Assembly: GCA_965228475.1 (NCBI GenBank)
Contig: OZ245817.1
Location: 2,720,001-2,784,000 of the forward strand
DNA: 64,000 nucleotides
Origin: Myxococcota bacterium
GTDB taxonomy: Bacteria > Myxococcota_A > UBA9160 > JAFDDA01
Reading direction: 5' to 3'
Below are positions 39,461 to 49,694 of this stretch, piece after piece (positions within the stretch are counted from its first letter, which is position 1; each line of letters opens with the position of its first letter). Under the pieces are notes generated by a model, which worked only from the letters and a program-made list of their open reading frames with translations, was not told the DNA's origin and did no database searches. Made by a program: the position numbers and the translations under genes.

Positions 39461-42406
39461 ATGATCGGCCTCGGAGACCCCCAGACGAGCGGCGTCGGCC
39501 GCCGACCGATGACCGCGAGTTTCGAGCCGTCCGGGCCCGAGAGTGAGACGATCGGCCTCGATGGCACGTGGCAGTTCCACCTGGCGCCGGGCCCCGGGGC
39601 TTTCCTCGGCACCCTCGACGAACCCGAACCCGACGCCTTCGTGCCCATCGAGGTTCCCGGCTGTTTCACGTGCCAGGGACACGCGGCGCCCCACTACACC
39701 AACGTCGTCATGCCCTGGCCGCTCGATCCGCCGGACGTTCCGGAGGAGAACCCGACCGGGATCTACCGGCGGACCTTCGAGGCCCGTGCCGGGGAGCGCG
39801 CTGCCTTTCTCGAGATCGGTGGAGCCGAATCCTTCGCCGCGGTCTGGCTGAACGGAACGTTCATCGGCTCCGGGAAGGACTCGCGGCTGCCCCAGGTCTT
39901 CGACGTCACCGCGGCCCTACGGGAGGGCGAGAACCGGCTCACCGTCGCCGTCGTCCGCTACTGCGACGGGAGCTGGCTCGAGGACCAGGACCACTGGTGG
40001 CAGGCGGGACTCCATCGCTCGGTGAAGCTCCACCTTCGCCCGAGGACGCGCCTCGGGGACGTCATCGTCGACGCCGGCCTCGCGGAGGATCTCGCGACCG
40101 GCACGCTGCGCGTGAAGACCTCGATCGAAGGCGTCCGCCCCGGCCTGACCGTGCACGCACGCCTCGCGGACGGCTCGGGCAACGAGCTCTGGCAGGCGGA
40201 CGGGCCGCTCCAGCCGTTCCTGCGCGAGAGCCCGCTGCAGGAGATGGCGATGGCGTACCTCTACCGGGGGCCCTTCGTCGAGCTCTCGGGGGAGATCGCG
40301 GGAGTCGCTCCGTGGTCCCACGAGGACCCCGTGCTCCATGAACTCCGCGTCGAGCTCCGCGACGAGAGCGGACTGCTCGAGTCGACGTCCGTGCGCGTCG
40401 GGTTCCGCCGGGTCGAGATCGTCGGCCGGGAGCTGCGGATCAACGGCCGCACCGTTCCGATCTACGGCGTGAACCGCCACGACCACCACCCGGAGCGTGG
40501 CAAGACGCTCACCCGGGAAGAGATCCGGCACGACCTCGTCACCCTGAAGCGCTTCGGTTTCAACGCCGTGCGCTGTGCCCACTACCCGAACGACCCGGCG
40601 CTCTACGAACTCTGCGACGAGCTCGGCCTCTACGTCGTCGACGAGGCCAACATCGAGAGCCACGCGCGGCTGAACTCGCTCTCCCACGATGCGCGCTGGC
40701 ACCCGGCGTTCTTCGAGCGCTTCACGCGCATGGTGCAGCGGGACCGGAATCACCCGTCGATCATCGGATGGTCCCTCGGGAACGAATCCGGCTACTCGGC
40801 CGTCCACGACGCCATGGCGGCCTGGGCGCGCCGGACGGACCCCTCCCGCTTCGTCCAGTACGAGGGGGCGAGCTTTCACACGAGCCTCGACGGCGGCGAA
40901 GCGGCGAGCGACGTCGTGTGCCCGATGTACGCCTCGGTCGAGGACATCGTCGCCTGGTCCGAACGCAACGCGACGCCGCGCCCGCTCATCCTCTGCGAGT
41001 ACTCCCATGCCATGGGCAACAGCAACGGCGGGCTGGCCGACTACTTCGAGGCCTTCGAGACGCGCGAAGGGCTCCAGGGCGGCTTCATCTGGGACTTCAA
41101 GGATCAGGGCCTGACCCTCGAACGCGACGGCCGCCGGTTCCACGGCTTCGGGGGCCACTTCGGCGACGAACCGAACGACGCGAACTTCTGCTGCAACGGC
41201 ATCTTCGGCCCGAACGCCGAACCCCGCCCGGCGGCCTTCGAACACCGACAGCTCGCGACCCCGGTCCGGGCGCACTGGGAAGACGCCGGGGCGGGCCGGG
41301 TCCGCATCGAGAACCGGCGATGCTTCTCGGACCTCTCGGACGTCGCGTGCCGCTACGAGGCGTCGATCGACGGCCGGGGCGTCGAGCACGGCCGCCTCGA
41401 GCTGCCTCGGGTCGGCCCCGGGGAATCCGAATCCGTGGACGTCCCGCTGAAGCCGCCGGACGCCCGGGGACGCGAGGCGCATCTCACCCTCTTCTTCGAG
41501 ACCGCCGCCGATGCCGCCTGGGCCCCGGCCGGGGAGACGCTCGGCGTCTCCCAGCTCGCCCTGCCCTGGCCCGCCGAAGCGAACGGAACGGCAGCGGACG
41601 GAGCATTGCCGCTCGGCTGGGCCGAGGGCGCGCCGACCCTCGCGGGCGAGCCGGTGCTCGCCGGACCGATCGCACCGTGTCTCTGGCGAGCCCCGGTCGA
41701 CAACGACGGCGTGAAGCAGGGCCCGCGCAGGACGGCGCCACAGACCTTCGACGGCTGGCTCGAGCACGGCCTCGACCGCCTCGCACCCGGCCCCGTCACG
41801 CGCAAGGGCGCGGAGGACCGGCACTGGGAGCACGCGGCCTGGATCGCGCCCGGCGCGAAGCTCGGCATCGACCACGAGCGAACGATCGAGCTGCGCGGCG
41901 ACCGCTTCGTCATCCACGAAACGATCGACGCGCCGGCCGAGTGGAGCGACCTGCCGCGCGTCGGCGTGACCTTCCGCCTCCCGGCGCGCTTCGACCGGCT
42001 CGCCTGGTTCGGGCTCGGCCCCCAGGAGACCTACCCGGACCGCGTGGCCGGCGCGCACCTCGGGATCTTCGAGCACGCGATCGGCCCGGACGACTCGCCC
42101 TACCTGGTCCCCCAGGAGTTCGGCGCCCACGCCGGGACGCGCTGGTTCCGCCTCACCGATGCCGACGGGCTCGGCATCGAGGTCCGGCTCCCCGAGCCCC
42201 TGCAGTTCTCCGCGACCCGGTTCTCCGCCGATACGCTCTGGCGAGCCGGCGACGTCGCCTCCCTCACGCCCGACCCCGACATCACCGTCCACCTCGACGC
42301 GGCCCACCGCGGCGTCGGGACCGGCGCCTGCGGCCCCGACACCACGCACCTCGTCGCGGGCGGCCGCTTCCGCTTCACCTGGGAGCTCCTGCCCCTGCGG
42401 CCCTGA
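39461..42406 (+). CDS. lacZ: GH2 beta-galactosidase (LacZ-like)
   Basis: GVNRHD, NAVRCAHYP, WSLGNES, CEYSHAMGNS and GGFIWD motifs; alternative start at 39509. Confidence 0.9.
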   Translation: MIGLGDPQTSGVGRRPMTASFEPSGPESETIGLDGTWQFHLAPGPGAFLGTLDEPEPDAFVPIEVPGCFTCQGHAAPHYTNVVMPWPLDPPDVPEENPTGIYRRTFEARAGERAAFLEIGGAESFAAVWLNGTFIGSGKDSRLPQVFDVTAALREGENRLTVAVVRYCDGSWLEDQDHWWQAGLHRSVKLHLRPRTRLGDVIVDAGLAEDLATGTLRVKTSIEGVRPGLTVHARLADGSGNELWQADGPLQPFLRESPLQEMAMAYLYRGPFVELSGEIAGVAPWSHEDPVLHELRVELRDESGLLESTSVRVGFRRVEIVGRELRINGRTVPIYGVNRHDHHPERGKTLTREEIRHDLVTLKRFGFNAVRCAHYPNDPALYELCDELGLYVVDEANIESHARLNSLSHDARWHPAFFERFTRMVQRDRNHPSIIGWSLGNESGYSAVHDAMAAWARRTDPSRFVQYEGASFHTSLDGGEAASDVVCPMYASVEDIVAWSERNATPRPLILCEYSHAMGNSNGGLADYFEAFETREGLQGGFIWDFKDQGLTLERDGRRFHGFGGHFGDEPNDANFCCNGIFGPNAEPRPAAFEHRQLATPVRAHWEDAGAGRVRIENRRCFSDLSDVACRYEASIDGRGVEHGRLELPRVGPGESESVDVPLKPPDARGREAHLTLFFETAADAAWAPAGETLGVSQLALPWPAEANGTAADGALPLGWAEGAPTLAGEPVLAGPIAPCLWRAPVDNDGVKQGPRRTAPQTFDGWLEHGLDRLAPGPVTRKGAEDRHWEHAAWIAPGAKLGIDHERTIELRGDRFVIHETIDAPAEWSDLPRVGVTFRLPARFDRLAWFGLGPQETYPDRVAGAHLGIFEHAIGPDDSPYLVPQEFGAHAGTRWFRLTDADGLGIEVRLPEPLQFSATRFSADTLWRAGDVASLTPDPDITVHLDAAHRGVGTGACGPDTTHLVAGGRFRFTWELLPLRP

Positions 42407-42425
42407 CGGCCTGCGGCGGGTTCCG

Positions 42426-42431
42426 TAGCTT
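42426..42431 (+). promoter_or_regulatory. -10 box TAGCTT, 8 nt before ATG 42440
   Basis: TANNNT at leaderless spacing. Confidence 0.5.
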
Positions 42432-42439
42432 CCGCGGCC

Positions 42440-43285
42440 ATGGGCATGCGTCGGTTCGATCGGAAGTTCGGCGCGGACTTCATCCGCGAGCTCCCGGAGG
42501 CCCCGGCCGTCTACCTCTTCAAGGACGAGGACGGCTCGGTCCTCTACGCCGGCAAGGCCAAGAACGTCCGCAAGCGGCTCTCGGGCTATCGAACGACGAG
42601 CCGCCGCAAGGCCCACCGCAAGATGCGGACCCTGGTCCGGGAGGCCCACGCTCTCGAGATCCGCGTCCAGCCGAGCGAGCGCGATGCGCTGCTCCTCGAA
42701 AACGAGCTGATCCGCACCCTGCGCCCGCCCTACAACGTCGACGGAGCCTACGACTTCCTCTACCCCGCGATCGGCGTGGGCTTCGACGAGGGTCAGCTGC
42801 GCCTGTGCTTCACGAGCCAGCCCGACGCCTTCGCGAGCCTCGCTCTGCGCTGGCACGGAAGCTTCCGCCCGCGGCTGCGCGCGCGCGAGGGCTTCGACGC
42901 CCTGGTTTCGCTGCTCGGACGGATCGGTCACCTGGAGCCGCGGACGCGCCTCCCCGAGGCGCCGCGGCTGCGCGGCTCGCGCCTGGTCGCCGTCCGGCGC
43001 GTCCCCCCGGAGATGGCCCCACCGATCGATGCCTTCTTCGCCGGGGAGTCCGACGCGGTGCTGGCCGACCTCTTCGGCCGGCTTCTCGAGCGCACCGCCG
43101 CGCGACAGGACGCCGCGGAGGTCCAGGAGGCGCTCGATCTCCTGCGGCGCTTCTTCCACCGGGACGCGGAGCGGCTGCGCCGCGCCCAGCTCGCGATCGG
43201 GCGATCGCCGGGCTTCGTCCCGAGCCCCGAGCGGGATGCGCTGTTCATCGCCGCGCGGTTCGAGGCTGCGGGCGATCCCGACTAG
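42440..43285 (+). CDS. GIY-YIG nuclease (UvrC N-terminal/Cho-like)
   Basis: LPEAPAVYLF...LYAGKAKNVRKRL...ALLLENELI...PPYN. Confidence 0.85.
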   Translation: MGMRRFDRKFGADFIRELPEAPAVYLFKDEDGSVLYAGKAKNVRKRLSGYRTTSRRKAHRKMRTLVREAHALEIRVQPSERDALLLENELIRTLRPPYNVDGAYDFLYPAIGVGFDEGQLRLCFTSQPDAFASLALRWHGSFRPRLRAREGFDALVSLLGRIGHLEPRTRLPEAPRLRGSRLVAVRRVPPEMAPPIDAFFAGESDAVLADLFGRLLERTAARQDAAEVQEALDLLRRFFHRDAERLRRAQLAIGRSPGFVPSPERDALFIAARFEAAGDPD

Positions 43286-44127
43286 AGCGTTCCGAACGCC
43301 TTGCTCAGCAGGAAGTCGACCCAGCGGTCCGGCAGGCGGGCGAGCCAGGCCTGTCCGGTGGCGTCGGTGCCGACCCGATAGCGGGTCTTCGGCCGGCGGG
43401 CCGAGAGCGCATGGTGCACGGCCTTCGCGACCTTCTCGACCGGAGCCGCGCTCGCGGATCGCTCGTCGACGAGCCCCTGCACCTTTTCGATCGCACCGCC
43501 ATAGAGCTCATGGGCGCGCTCCGGGAGCTTCTCGATGATCTCGTCCGCGGCCGACTTCGACTTCTCCCAGATCGGCGTCTGGATCGCACCCGGCTGCACG
43601 ATCGAAACCGAGAGCTTCCAGGGCAGGAGTTCCCGACGGAGGGCGTCCCCCACCGCTTCGATCGCGTACTTCGAGGCGCAGTAGGCCCCGGTGAAGGGCG
43701 TCGAGAGGTAACCGCTCGAGGAGCCCACGAAGACGATGCGGCCGTTCGCGCGGCGGAGCAGCGGGAGACAGGCACGCGTCACCGCGAGCTGGCCGACGAC
43801 GTTCACCTCGAGCTGGCGCCGCAGGTCTTCGCTCTCGAGGAACTCGAGCGGGCCGGCCACGGCGATGCCGGCGTTGTTGACCAGGCCGGCCAGGCCCTCG
43901 CCCGCGAGCTCGCGCTCGAGACCCGCAACGGTCTCCGCGATCTGGGCTTCGTCGAGCACGTCGAGCCGGACGGGCGTCACGCGGCCGCCGCTCGCCGAGC
44001 GAAGCGCCTCGGCATCGGTGTCGCGCCGGACGCCTGCGAACACCCGAAAGCCCCGCTCGGCCAGGTCGAGGGCGCAGGCACGCCCGATGCCCGTCGAGGC
44101 GCCCGTGATCAGGATCGAATCGTTCAT
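43282..44127 (-). CDS. Short-chain dehydrogenase/reductase (RDH/17beta-HSD-like)
   Basis: TGASTGIG, LVNNAG and YCASK motifs. Confidence 0.92.
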   Translation of the reverse strand: MNDSILITGASTGIGRACALDLAERGFRVFAGVRRDTDAEALRSASGGRVTPVRLDVLDEAQIAETVAGLERELAGEGLAGLVNNAGIAVAGPLEFLESEDLRRQLEVNVVGQLAVTRACLPLLRRANGRIVFVGSSSGYLSTPFTGAYCASKYAIEAVGDALRRELLPWKLSVSIVQPGAIQTPIWEKSKSAADEIIEKLPERAHELYGGAIEKVQGLVDERSASAAPVEKVAKAVHHALSARRPKTRYRVGTDATGQAWLARLPDRWVDFLLSKAFGTL

Positions 44128-44134
44128 GGCGCCG

Positions 44135-44140
44135 ACACTA
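44135..44140 (-). promoter_or_regulatory. -10 box TAGTGT, 7 nt before ATG 44127
   Basis: TANNNT at leaderless spacing. Confidence 0.5.
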
Positions 44141-44239
44141 GCCCAGCGCCGGAAGTGAGCCCTCGCGGGCCGCTTCCCGAAACACGACCGGCGGGCCACC
44201 CGGAAGTGGCCCGCCGGCAGGGTCACGCGAAGCGCGGCA

Positions 44240-44443
44240 CTAGGCCGCGTAGCTCCGCTTCGCCTGGATCTTGCCGTTGCGCCCCTTGATCTTGAGCACG
44301 CCGCCGGCCCGCTTGGCCAGGGAGCGGCCGCGACGCACGGCGACGTCCTTCTTCTTGTGGGTGCTCTCGGGGCTCTTCTTGCCCTCGCGCTGCACCATCC
44401 AACCGTCTTGCGAGCTGCGAACGACGAACGACTTCATGGCCAT
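44240..44443 (-). CDS. DUF2188 family small basic protein
   Basis: DGWMVQREG...AVRRGR...KIKGRNGKIQAKRSY; GAGGAG SD. Confidence 0.85.
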   Translation of the reverse strand: MAMKSFVVRSSQDGWMVQREGKKSPESTHKKKDVAVRRGRSLAKRAGGVLKIKGRNGKIQAKRSYAA

Positions 44444-44658
44444 GTTCTTCTCTCCTCGTGGCTCCCGTCCTGTGGTCCCCAAAAACGGAGAGGGTGGAGC
44501 CGCGGGGGTCCGATCGGTCGACGCGCGAACGGCCTGTAGCGTCTCGCACACTGCAATCTGCGGACGTGATCGAACGCGCAGCCGGCCGGTGTTCGCGGTC
44601 ACCCGATGGCGGGCGGGCTCGTCCGATCTCCAGGGAAACCGACGAGGACTCCACTCCC

Positions 44659-45993
44659 ATGCTGGACCGGAATCGCAGGCGCGGTTGCCACCCGCGGCGC
44701 CTCGCGACGCTCGGAGCCCTCGGCTCCGGCCTGTTCGCGTTCGCACTCGGAACCGCCACCGCCTCGGAACCCGCGAGCGCCACCGATCTCGAAGCGTCCG
44801 CCGCGCTCGTCGAGCTCGCGCCCGCCCATGCCGCGCTCGAGGCCCTCGCGCCCATCGTCGACGGCTCGCCGCGCGCGGTGGAGCTCACGATCGACTCCCC
44901 CGAGAGCGGCGAGATCTTCAGCGGAGAGCCCATCGCGTCCTTTCGAGGCTCGCTCTCGGCGCTCGGACAGACGGGGCGCGTGGACGCGATCGTGGTGATC
45001 GACACGTCCGCCTCGACGGGGCGCCGCGCGGAGCCCCGTGATGCGGTCCGCGCCCGGCATCGCGGGCGCTTCGCTCCGCGCACCGCGCCGGCGTCGATCC
45101 TCGAACAGGAGATCCGCTCGGTCGAGCGCATGCTCGCCGACGTCGACCCGGGAAAGACCCGGCTCGGCATCGTGACCTTCGCCGGGGACGACCCTCGGAG
45201 TCCCGAACCGGCCTCCCCCATTCGCGTCGAAGTGCCCCTCACCGCGCGCCTCGAGACGCTCGACGCCGGGCTCCAGCGCGTGGCGGCACGCGGCGCGGCC
45301 GGACAGACCGACATGGCCGGTGCCCTCGACCGGGCCGTGGCCGAGCTGCTCGGTCGCGGGAGCTCCGAGCCGTCCGAGGGGGCGAGCAAGGTCGTCGTCT
45401 TCCTCACCGACGGCACCCCGACCCTGCCCCACGCGGATACGCGCGAGAACGAGCGCGAGGTCTTCGCCGCCGCAGAGCGCGCGGCCGCCGCCGGCATCCG
45501 GGTCTTCTCCTTCGCCATCGGCCCCGAGGCCATCGGACGCCCGATCGCCGCCGCCGAGATGGCCCGACGAACGGGGGGAGCCTTCACCCCCGTCCGCAAG
45601 CCCGCGGAGCTCACCCAGGCCGTCACACGGCGTGTCGAGTTCGCGGGCGTCGGAGGAAGGCTCGAGATCCGCAACACCACCAACCGCGAGGCCGCACAGG
45701 ACCTCGAGATCGCCGAAGGGGAGTTCTCGGGCCGGATCGCGCTGCGAACCGGAAAGAACGAGATCTTCGTGCGCGCGCGCGCCGGACGCCGGAGCGTGGA
45801 GCTCCGGCGAGCGGTCCACTATGCGCCGGGCGAGGTGAAGGTCTTCCGGCCCTCGACGTGGTTCGGCGGGCCCGTCCCGAACCCGCCGACGAAGGCGGAG
45901 CTCGACGTCACGCTCGGCCAGCGCCGGGAGCTCGACTTCCAGGTCGGTGAACCGACGACACTTCGCGGTGAGCCGGCGAAGCTTCGGCGCTAG
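44659..45993 (+). CDS. Exported von Willebrand factor A domain protein
   Basis: MIDAS DTSAS, TDMAGAL and FLTDG; C-terminal Ig-like GKNEI strand. Confidence 0.85.
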   Translation: MLDRNRRRGCHPRRLATLGALGSGLFAFALGTATASEPASATDLEASAALVELAPAHAALEALAPIVDGSPRAVELTIDSPESGEIFSGEPIASFRGSLSALGQTGRVDAIVVIDTSASTGRRAEPRDAVRARHRGRFAPRTAPASILEQEIRSVERMLADVDPGKTRLGIVTFAGDDPRSPEPASPIRVEVPLTARLETLDAGLQRVAARGAAGQTDMAGALDRAVAELLGRGSSEPSEGASKVVVFLTDGTPTLPHADTRENEREVFAAAERAAAAGIRVFSFAIGPEAIGRPIAAAEMARRTGGAFTPVRKPAELTQAVTRRVEFAGVGGRLEIRNTTNREAAQDLEIAEGEFSGRIALRTGKNEIFVRARAGRRSVELRRAVHYAPGEVKVFRPSTWFGGPVPNPPTKAELDVTLGQRRELDFQVGEPTTLRGEPAKLRR

Positions 45994-46997
45994 CCCTCGC
46001 CCTGGAGCGCCTCGACCGCCTGGGCCGCATCCGCCCGCACGAGCTCGATCTGCTCCGCTCCGAGCCCGAGCGCGTTGGCCGCATGTTCGAGGGTCTTCTC
46101 GCTGCTGCGATCCACGCCCGTGTGGCTCCGGATGCAATCGCGCTCCATCTCGGAGAGCTCCTCGAGGCGGTCGTTCTCCTTGGGGAGGACGCCGAAGCCG
46201 AGCCCGTGGGCGAGGTCGTCCGCGAGGCAGACGGTGGCCGCCAGGGGATGAGGCTCGCCCTTGAGGATGACCTGATGGTGCGCCGCGAGGACGGTCCGAA
46301 GCTCCTCGGGCAGCTCCCAGTGTTCGGCCATCAGCTCGGCCGCGCGCTCGTGGACGCGGTCCACCGCCGGCCAGATGGCGATCAGGTCCGGCGGCTTCGC
46401 CCGCGGCCCCTTGCGGTCCGAGAGCGCGAGCAGCGTGCCGGCGATCCCGACGTCGTGGAGGAGGCCCGCCATGAACGCGTACTCGCCCTCGACTTCGGTG
46501 TGCTTGCAGACCGCCTTGCTGATGTGGGCCGTCGCCGTCGCGTGCCGGCGCAGGAACTCCATGGTGTCGGTGTAGTCCTCGGACTTGAACACCTTCATGT
46601 TCATCGAGATCTCCATCACGAGATCACGCAGGGTCTTGATCCCGAGGCGCATCAGCGCGTCGTGGAGCGACTCGATGCGGGCCGCGCCCGCGTAGACCGG
46701 CGACTGCACGAGCTTCAGGATCCGGCCGGCGATGAAGCCGTCCTTCTCGAGGAGTGAAACGACGTCTTGGATTTCGACCTCGGGACGCCGTGCGAGCTCC
46801 ATCAGCTCGAGCGCGACCGCCGGCAGCGTCGGGGGCCGGTAGTCCGGCGCCTCGAGACAGGCGAGGAGCTTCGCGACCATCGCCTCCTCGTCGAGCAGAA
46901 CGTCGTCGGTGAAGGCGATCGTGGCCTTCCCCTCGCCGTATCCCTCCTCGCCTTTTCGCTTCCCGAGACGCTTCTTTTTCCGCGGAAGAATGCCCAT
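45990..46997 (-). CDS. Stand-alone HDOD-domain protein
   Basis: PTLPAVA, ILKLVQSPVY, ALMRLG, GLLHDVG, W.LP and HH motifs. Confidence 0.9.
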   Translation of the reverse strand: MGILPRKKKRLGKRKGEEGYGEGKATIAFTDDVLLDEEAMVAKLLACLEAPDYRPPTLPAVALELMELARRPEVEIQDVVSLLEKDGFIAGRILKLVQSPVYAGAARIESLHDALMRLGIKTLRDLVMEISMNMKVFKSEDYTDTMEFLRRHATATAHISKAVCKHTEVEGEYAFMAGLLHDVGIAGTLLALSDRKGPRAKPPDLIAIWPAVDRVHERAAELMAEHWELPEELRTVLAAHHQVILKGEPHPLAATVCLADDLAHGLGFGVLPKENDRLEELSEMERDCIRSHTGVDRSSEKTLEHAANALGLGAEQIELVRADAAQAVEALQGEG

Positions 46998-47225
46998 CCC
47001 GAACGGATCGGGTGGGGTGGCGCCGCTCTTGAGGCTGCGACGCGCGCGCCGTCCGGCCGATGACCCCGGGGGCGCCCGCAGCGCGGGATTCCGCCGACGC
47101 GAACTCGGGGTTCGCCGACGGTCCCTCCGGGGTTTCCCGGAACGTCGTTTTTGGAGACGGAAGCGTTGCGTTCCCGACCCAGATCGGGCCTAATCCGTTT
47201 GCCCGGCCGCTGGCCCGGACGAGGA

Positions 47226-47921
47226 GTGATCGACGTGCGACGCCAGCCCCCGGCCTTCGCCCCGAACACGGCATCGAGACCCGCGAAGATCCCGCTTGGC
47301 ATCTTCGTGCTTTCGCTCCTTCTCGCGAGCGGCTTCCCCGTCGGCGGAGCGCGGGCCGACGGTGCCGCCGCGAGCGAAACCGACCTTCGCATCGAGCGAC
47401 CGGCCAAGCTCGAGCAGGTGCGCCACGCGCTCCGCGTGGAAGGCCGCCGCCTCGCCCCGGACGAGCGCAGAGAGATCGCGGAGATCATCGTCGCGGTCGC
47501 GAAGCGCAACGGACTCTCGGCCTGGACCCTGCTCGCGCTGATCCAACAGGAGAGCCGCTTCGACCCGAAGGCGCGCGGCCCCCGCGGCGCCCTCGGGTTG
47601 ATGCAGGTCCGCCCCTTCGTCGCCGCCGACGTGGCGCGCCGCCACCAGCTGCCGTGGACCGGGCCGGAAACGCTCTTCGAGCCCGTCGCCAACGTGCGAA
47701 TCGGAATGATCTACCTCGTCGAGCAGCTCGAACGCTTCGGCACCGTCGAACGGGCCCTCGCGGCGTACAACATGGGGCCGACCCGCCTCTCGCGGCGGCT
47801 CGCCGCCGGGCGCAACCAGCGGGGCCCGTACGTCCGGAAGGTGCTCTCGAAGGCGGAGCACCTCGCGCAGCAGACCCCGCCGAGCGACGCCCCGGACATC
47901 CGGCACGCCGCCGGCGGCTGA
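47226..47921 (+). CDS. Lytic transglycosylase (SLT domain)
   Basis: QESRFDP, GALGLMQ and ALAAYNMG motifs; GAGGA directly before GTG; start uncertain. Confidence 0.88.
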   Translation: MIDVRRQPPAFAPNTASRPAKIPLGIFVLSLLLASGFPVGGARADGAAASETDLRIERPAKLEQVRHALRVEGRRLAPDERREIAEIIVAVAKRNGLSAWTLLALIQQESRFDPKARGPRGALGLMQVRPFVAADVARRHQLPWTGPETLFEPVANVRIGMIYLVEQLERFGTVERALAAYNMGPTRLSRRLAAGRNQRGPYVRKVLSKAEHLAQQTPPSDAPDIRHAAGG

Positions 47922-47984
47922 GACCCGCCCCACCGCGCCTCGAACGCTGGACCGACGCCCACCGCGCCGACCTTTCCGGTCCGG

Positions 47985-47990
47985 TATCTT
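47985..47990 (+). promoter_or_regulatory. -10 box TATCTT, 8 nt before ATG 47999
   Basis: TANNNT at leaderless spacing. Confidence 0.55.
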
Positions 47991-47998
47991 GCGCGGCG

Positions 47999-49576
47999 AT
48001 GGCGCCCGGAGACGACGCAACCGCGCAATGGACGGGACGCCAGCGCGCCGCGTGGAACGCGGGGGGCGTCCTCGTCGCCCGCGCGATCCTCCTCGCGATC
48101 GGCTTCTTCCTCGTCCCGTTCATGATCGAGAAGATGGGGAAGGAAGAGTACGGGCTCTTCCAGTTCACCCAGACGTTCCTCGTCTACCTGCCACTGCTCA
48201 CGCTCTCCGCCGGCACGGGCCTGAACCGCTTCCTCACGAACGCGCTCGCGCGCGACGAGCCGGGTCTCGTCGCGCGAACGCTCGCCACCGGGGCCTGGGT
48301 GCTCTCCGCGGCCGCCCTGGCCCTCGGCGGCGCGGGCGCCCTGCTCGCCTGGTCCCTGCCGGAGATCTGGCCTTCCCTCGGCGAGGGCGCGGGGCGCGCC
48401 CGCCAGCTGCTGTTCCTGCTGAGCGCCGGGCTCGCGATCCAGACCGTCGCGGGCGTCTTCCGCGCCGTGCTCTTCGCCCACGAGCGGCTCGGCGAAGCGA
48501 ACCTCCTCTCGGCGGTCTCGAACGTCGTCCGCGCGGCGGTGATCGTGGTCGCCTTCCAGAGCTTCGGCGGCTCGCTCCTCTGGGTCGGCGTGGCGACGCT
48601 CCTCGGGATCCTCGTCGAAAGCGCCGTCGAGGCCCTCTTCGCCCGCAAGCTCCTGCCGGGCGTCTCGATCTCCTGGCGTGAACGGGACGCCGCCGCGAGC
48701 CGCGAGCTGCTCTCCTTCAGCGCGCTCGCCACCTTCGGCGGCTTCACGAACGCACTCCTCCTCTCGAGCGACAACCTCTTGATCCAGGCCGTCTTCGGCT
48801 CGGCGGGGCCCGAGCGCATCGCCGTGTTCAGCGTCGCCGCCATGTGGGACCCGATGCTCCGCGGCTTCTTGATGCAGCTCACGGCCATCGTCGTGCCCCG
48901 GATGACGCAGATGGCCGCGCGCGAAGACCTCGGCGCCCTGCGCGACCTGACGAACCTCTCGGTGCGCTACGCGACCGCCCTGGTCGCGGGCCCCTGCATC
49001 GTGTTCGGCCTCTACGCGGATGCGTTCCTCGGCCTCTGGCTCGGAGCCACGCTTTCCCCGGACGACCTCGCGACCGCCGCCCGGGTGCTGCGCTGGATCC
49101 TGGTGACGATCGTCCTGCAGATGTCGATGAACTCGACCTACGGCGTGTTCTATGCGACGGGGCACCTGACGGCACCGATCGTCGTCTCCCTGCTCGTGGC
49201 GCTCGCCAAGATCGGACTGAGCCTCGCCCTCGCGGGCCCCCTGGGCTTCGGCCTCCCCGGCATCGCCATGGCCACCGCCGTCTGTGTCGGGGTCTCGCAG
49301 ATCCTCGTCCGCCCGTGGCTCCTGTGGCGCGAGATCGCGCTCTCGCCCGGGTGCCTGCTGGCCACCGGCCTCGCGCCCGGGGCGGCCGCCGGGGCCGTGG
49401 TCCTCGCCGCGGGCTCCTGGCTCGTCGGCGCCCTCCCGCCCACGGGGATCGTGGGCCTGGCGGCCAGCGCGGCCGGCCTCGGCCTCGCCTACGCCCTGCT
49501 CTGCTGGCTCTGGGTCGTCCTGCCCGAGGACCGCAGGCGCGTCCAGGACGCCCTGGGCCGGGCCCTGCGGGGCTGA
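47999..49576 (+). CDS. Wzx-like oligosaccharide flippase (MOP superfamily)
   Basis: PFMIEKMGKEEYG, ELLSFS, SDNLLI and FLGLWLG motifs; about 14 TM helices. Confidence 0.85.
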   Translation: MAPGDDATAQWTGRQRAAWNAGGVLVARAILLAIGFFLVPFMIEKMGKEEYGLFQFTQTFLVYLPLLTLSAGTGLNRFLTNALARDEPGLVARTLATGAWVLSAAALALGGAGALLAWSLPEIWPSLGEGAGRARQLLFLLSAGLAIQTVAGVFRAVLFAHERLGEANLLSAVSNVVRAAVIVVAFQSFGGSLLWVGVATLLGILVESAVEALFARKLLPGVSISWRERDAAASRELLSFSALATFGGFTNALLLSSDNLLIQAVFGSAGPERIAVFSVAAMWDPMLRGFLMQLTAIVVPRMTQMAAREDLGALRDLTNLSVRYATALVAGPCIVFGLYADAFLGLWLGATLSPDDLATAARVLRWILVTIVLQMSMNSTYGVFYATGHLTAPIVVSLLVALAKIGLSLALAGPLGFGLPGIAMATAVCVGVSQILVRPWLLWREIALSPGCLLATGLAPGAAAGAVVLAAGSWLVGALPPTGIVGLAASAAGLGLAYALLCWLWVVLPEDRRRVQDALGRALRG

Positions 49577-49694
49577 CCGGCAGCCCGCCGGCAAGACCTC
49601 GGAACACCGGCAGTTCGGGCCGCAAACCGCTGACACAACGGCCGGCCGGCCACCACTCATCTCCAGCCACCCGTCATGGTTGGAGGTTCACCCC

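Noticed and set aside
42440..43285. GIY-YIG protein as a homing endonuclease or mobile element
   Set aside because: Motifs are UvrC-type; no intron, terminal repeats or compositional shift.
44443..44659. Structured ncRNA or riboswitch in the longer intergenic regions (also 8675-8835, 19170-19452 and 46998-47225)
   Set aside because: No recognisable motif by eye; an Rfam/Infernal scan would be needed.
47018..47032. Sigma54-like site TGGCGCCGCTCTTGA upstream of the SLT gene
   Set aside because: The -12 element is GA rather than GC and there is no other support.
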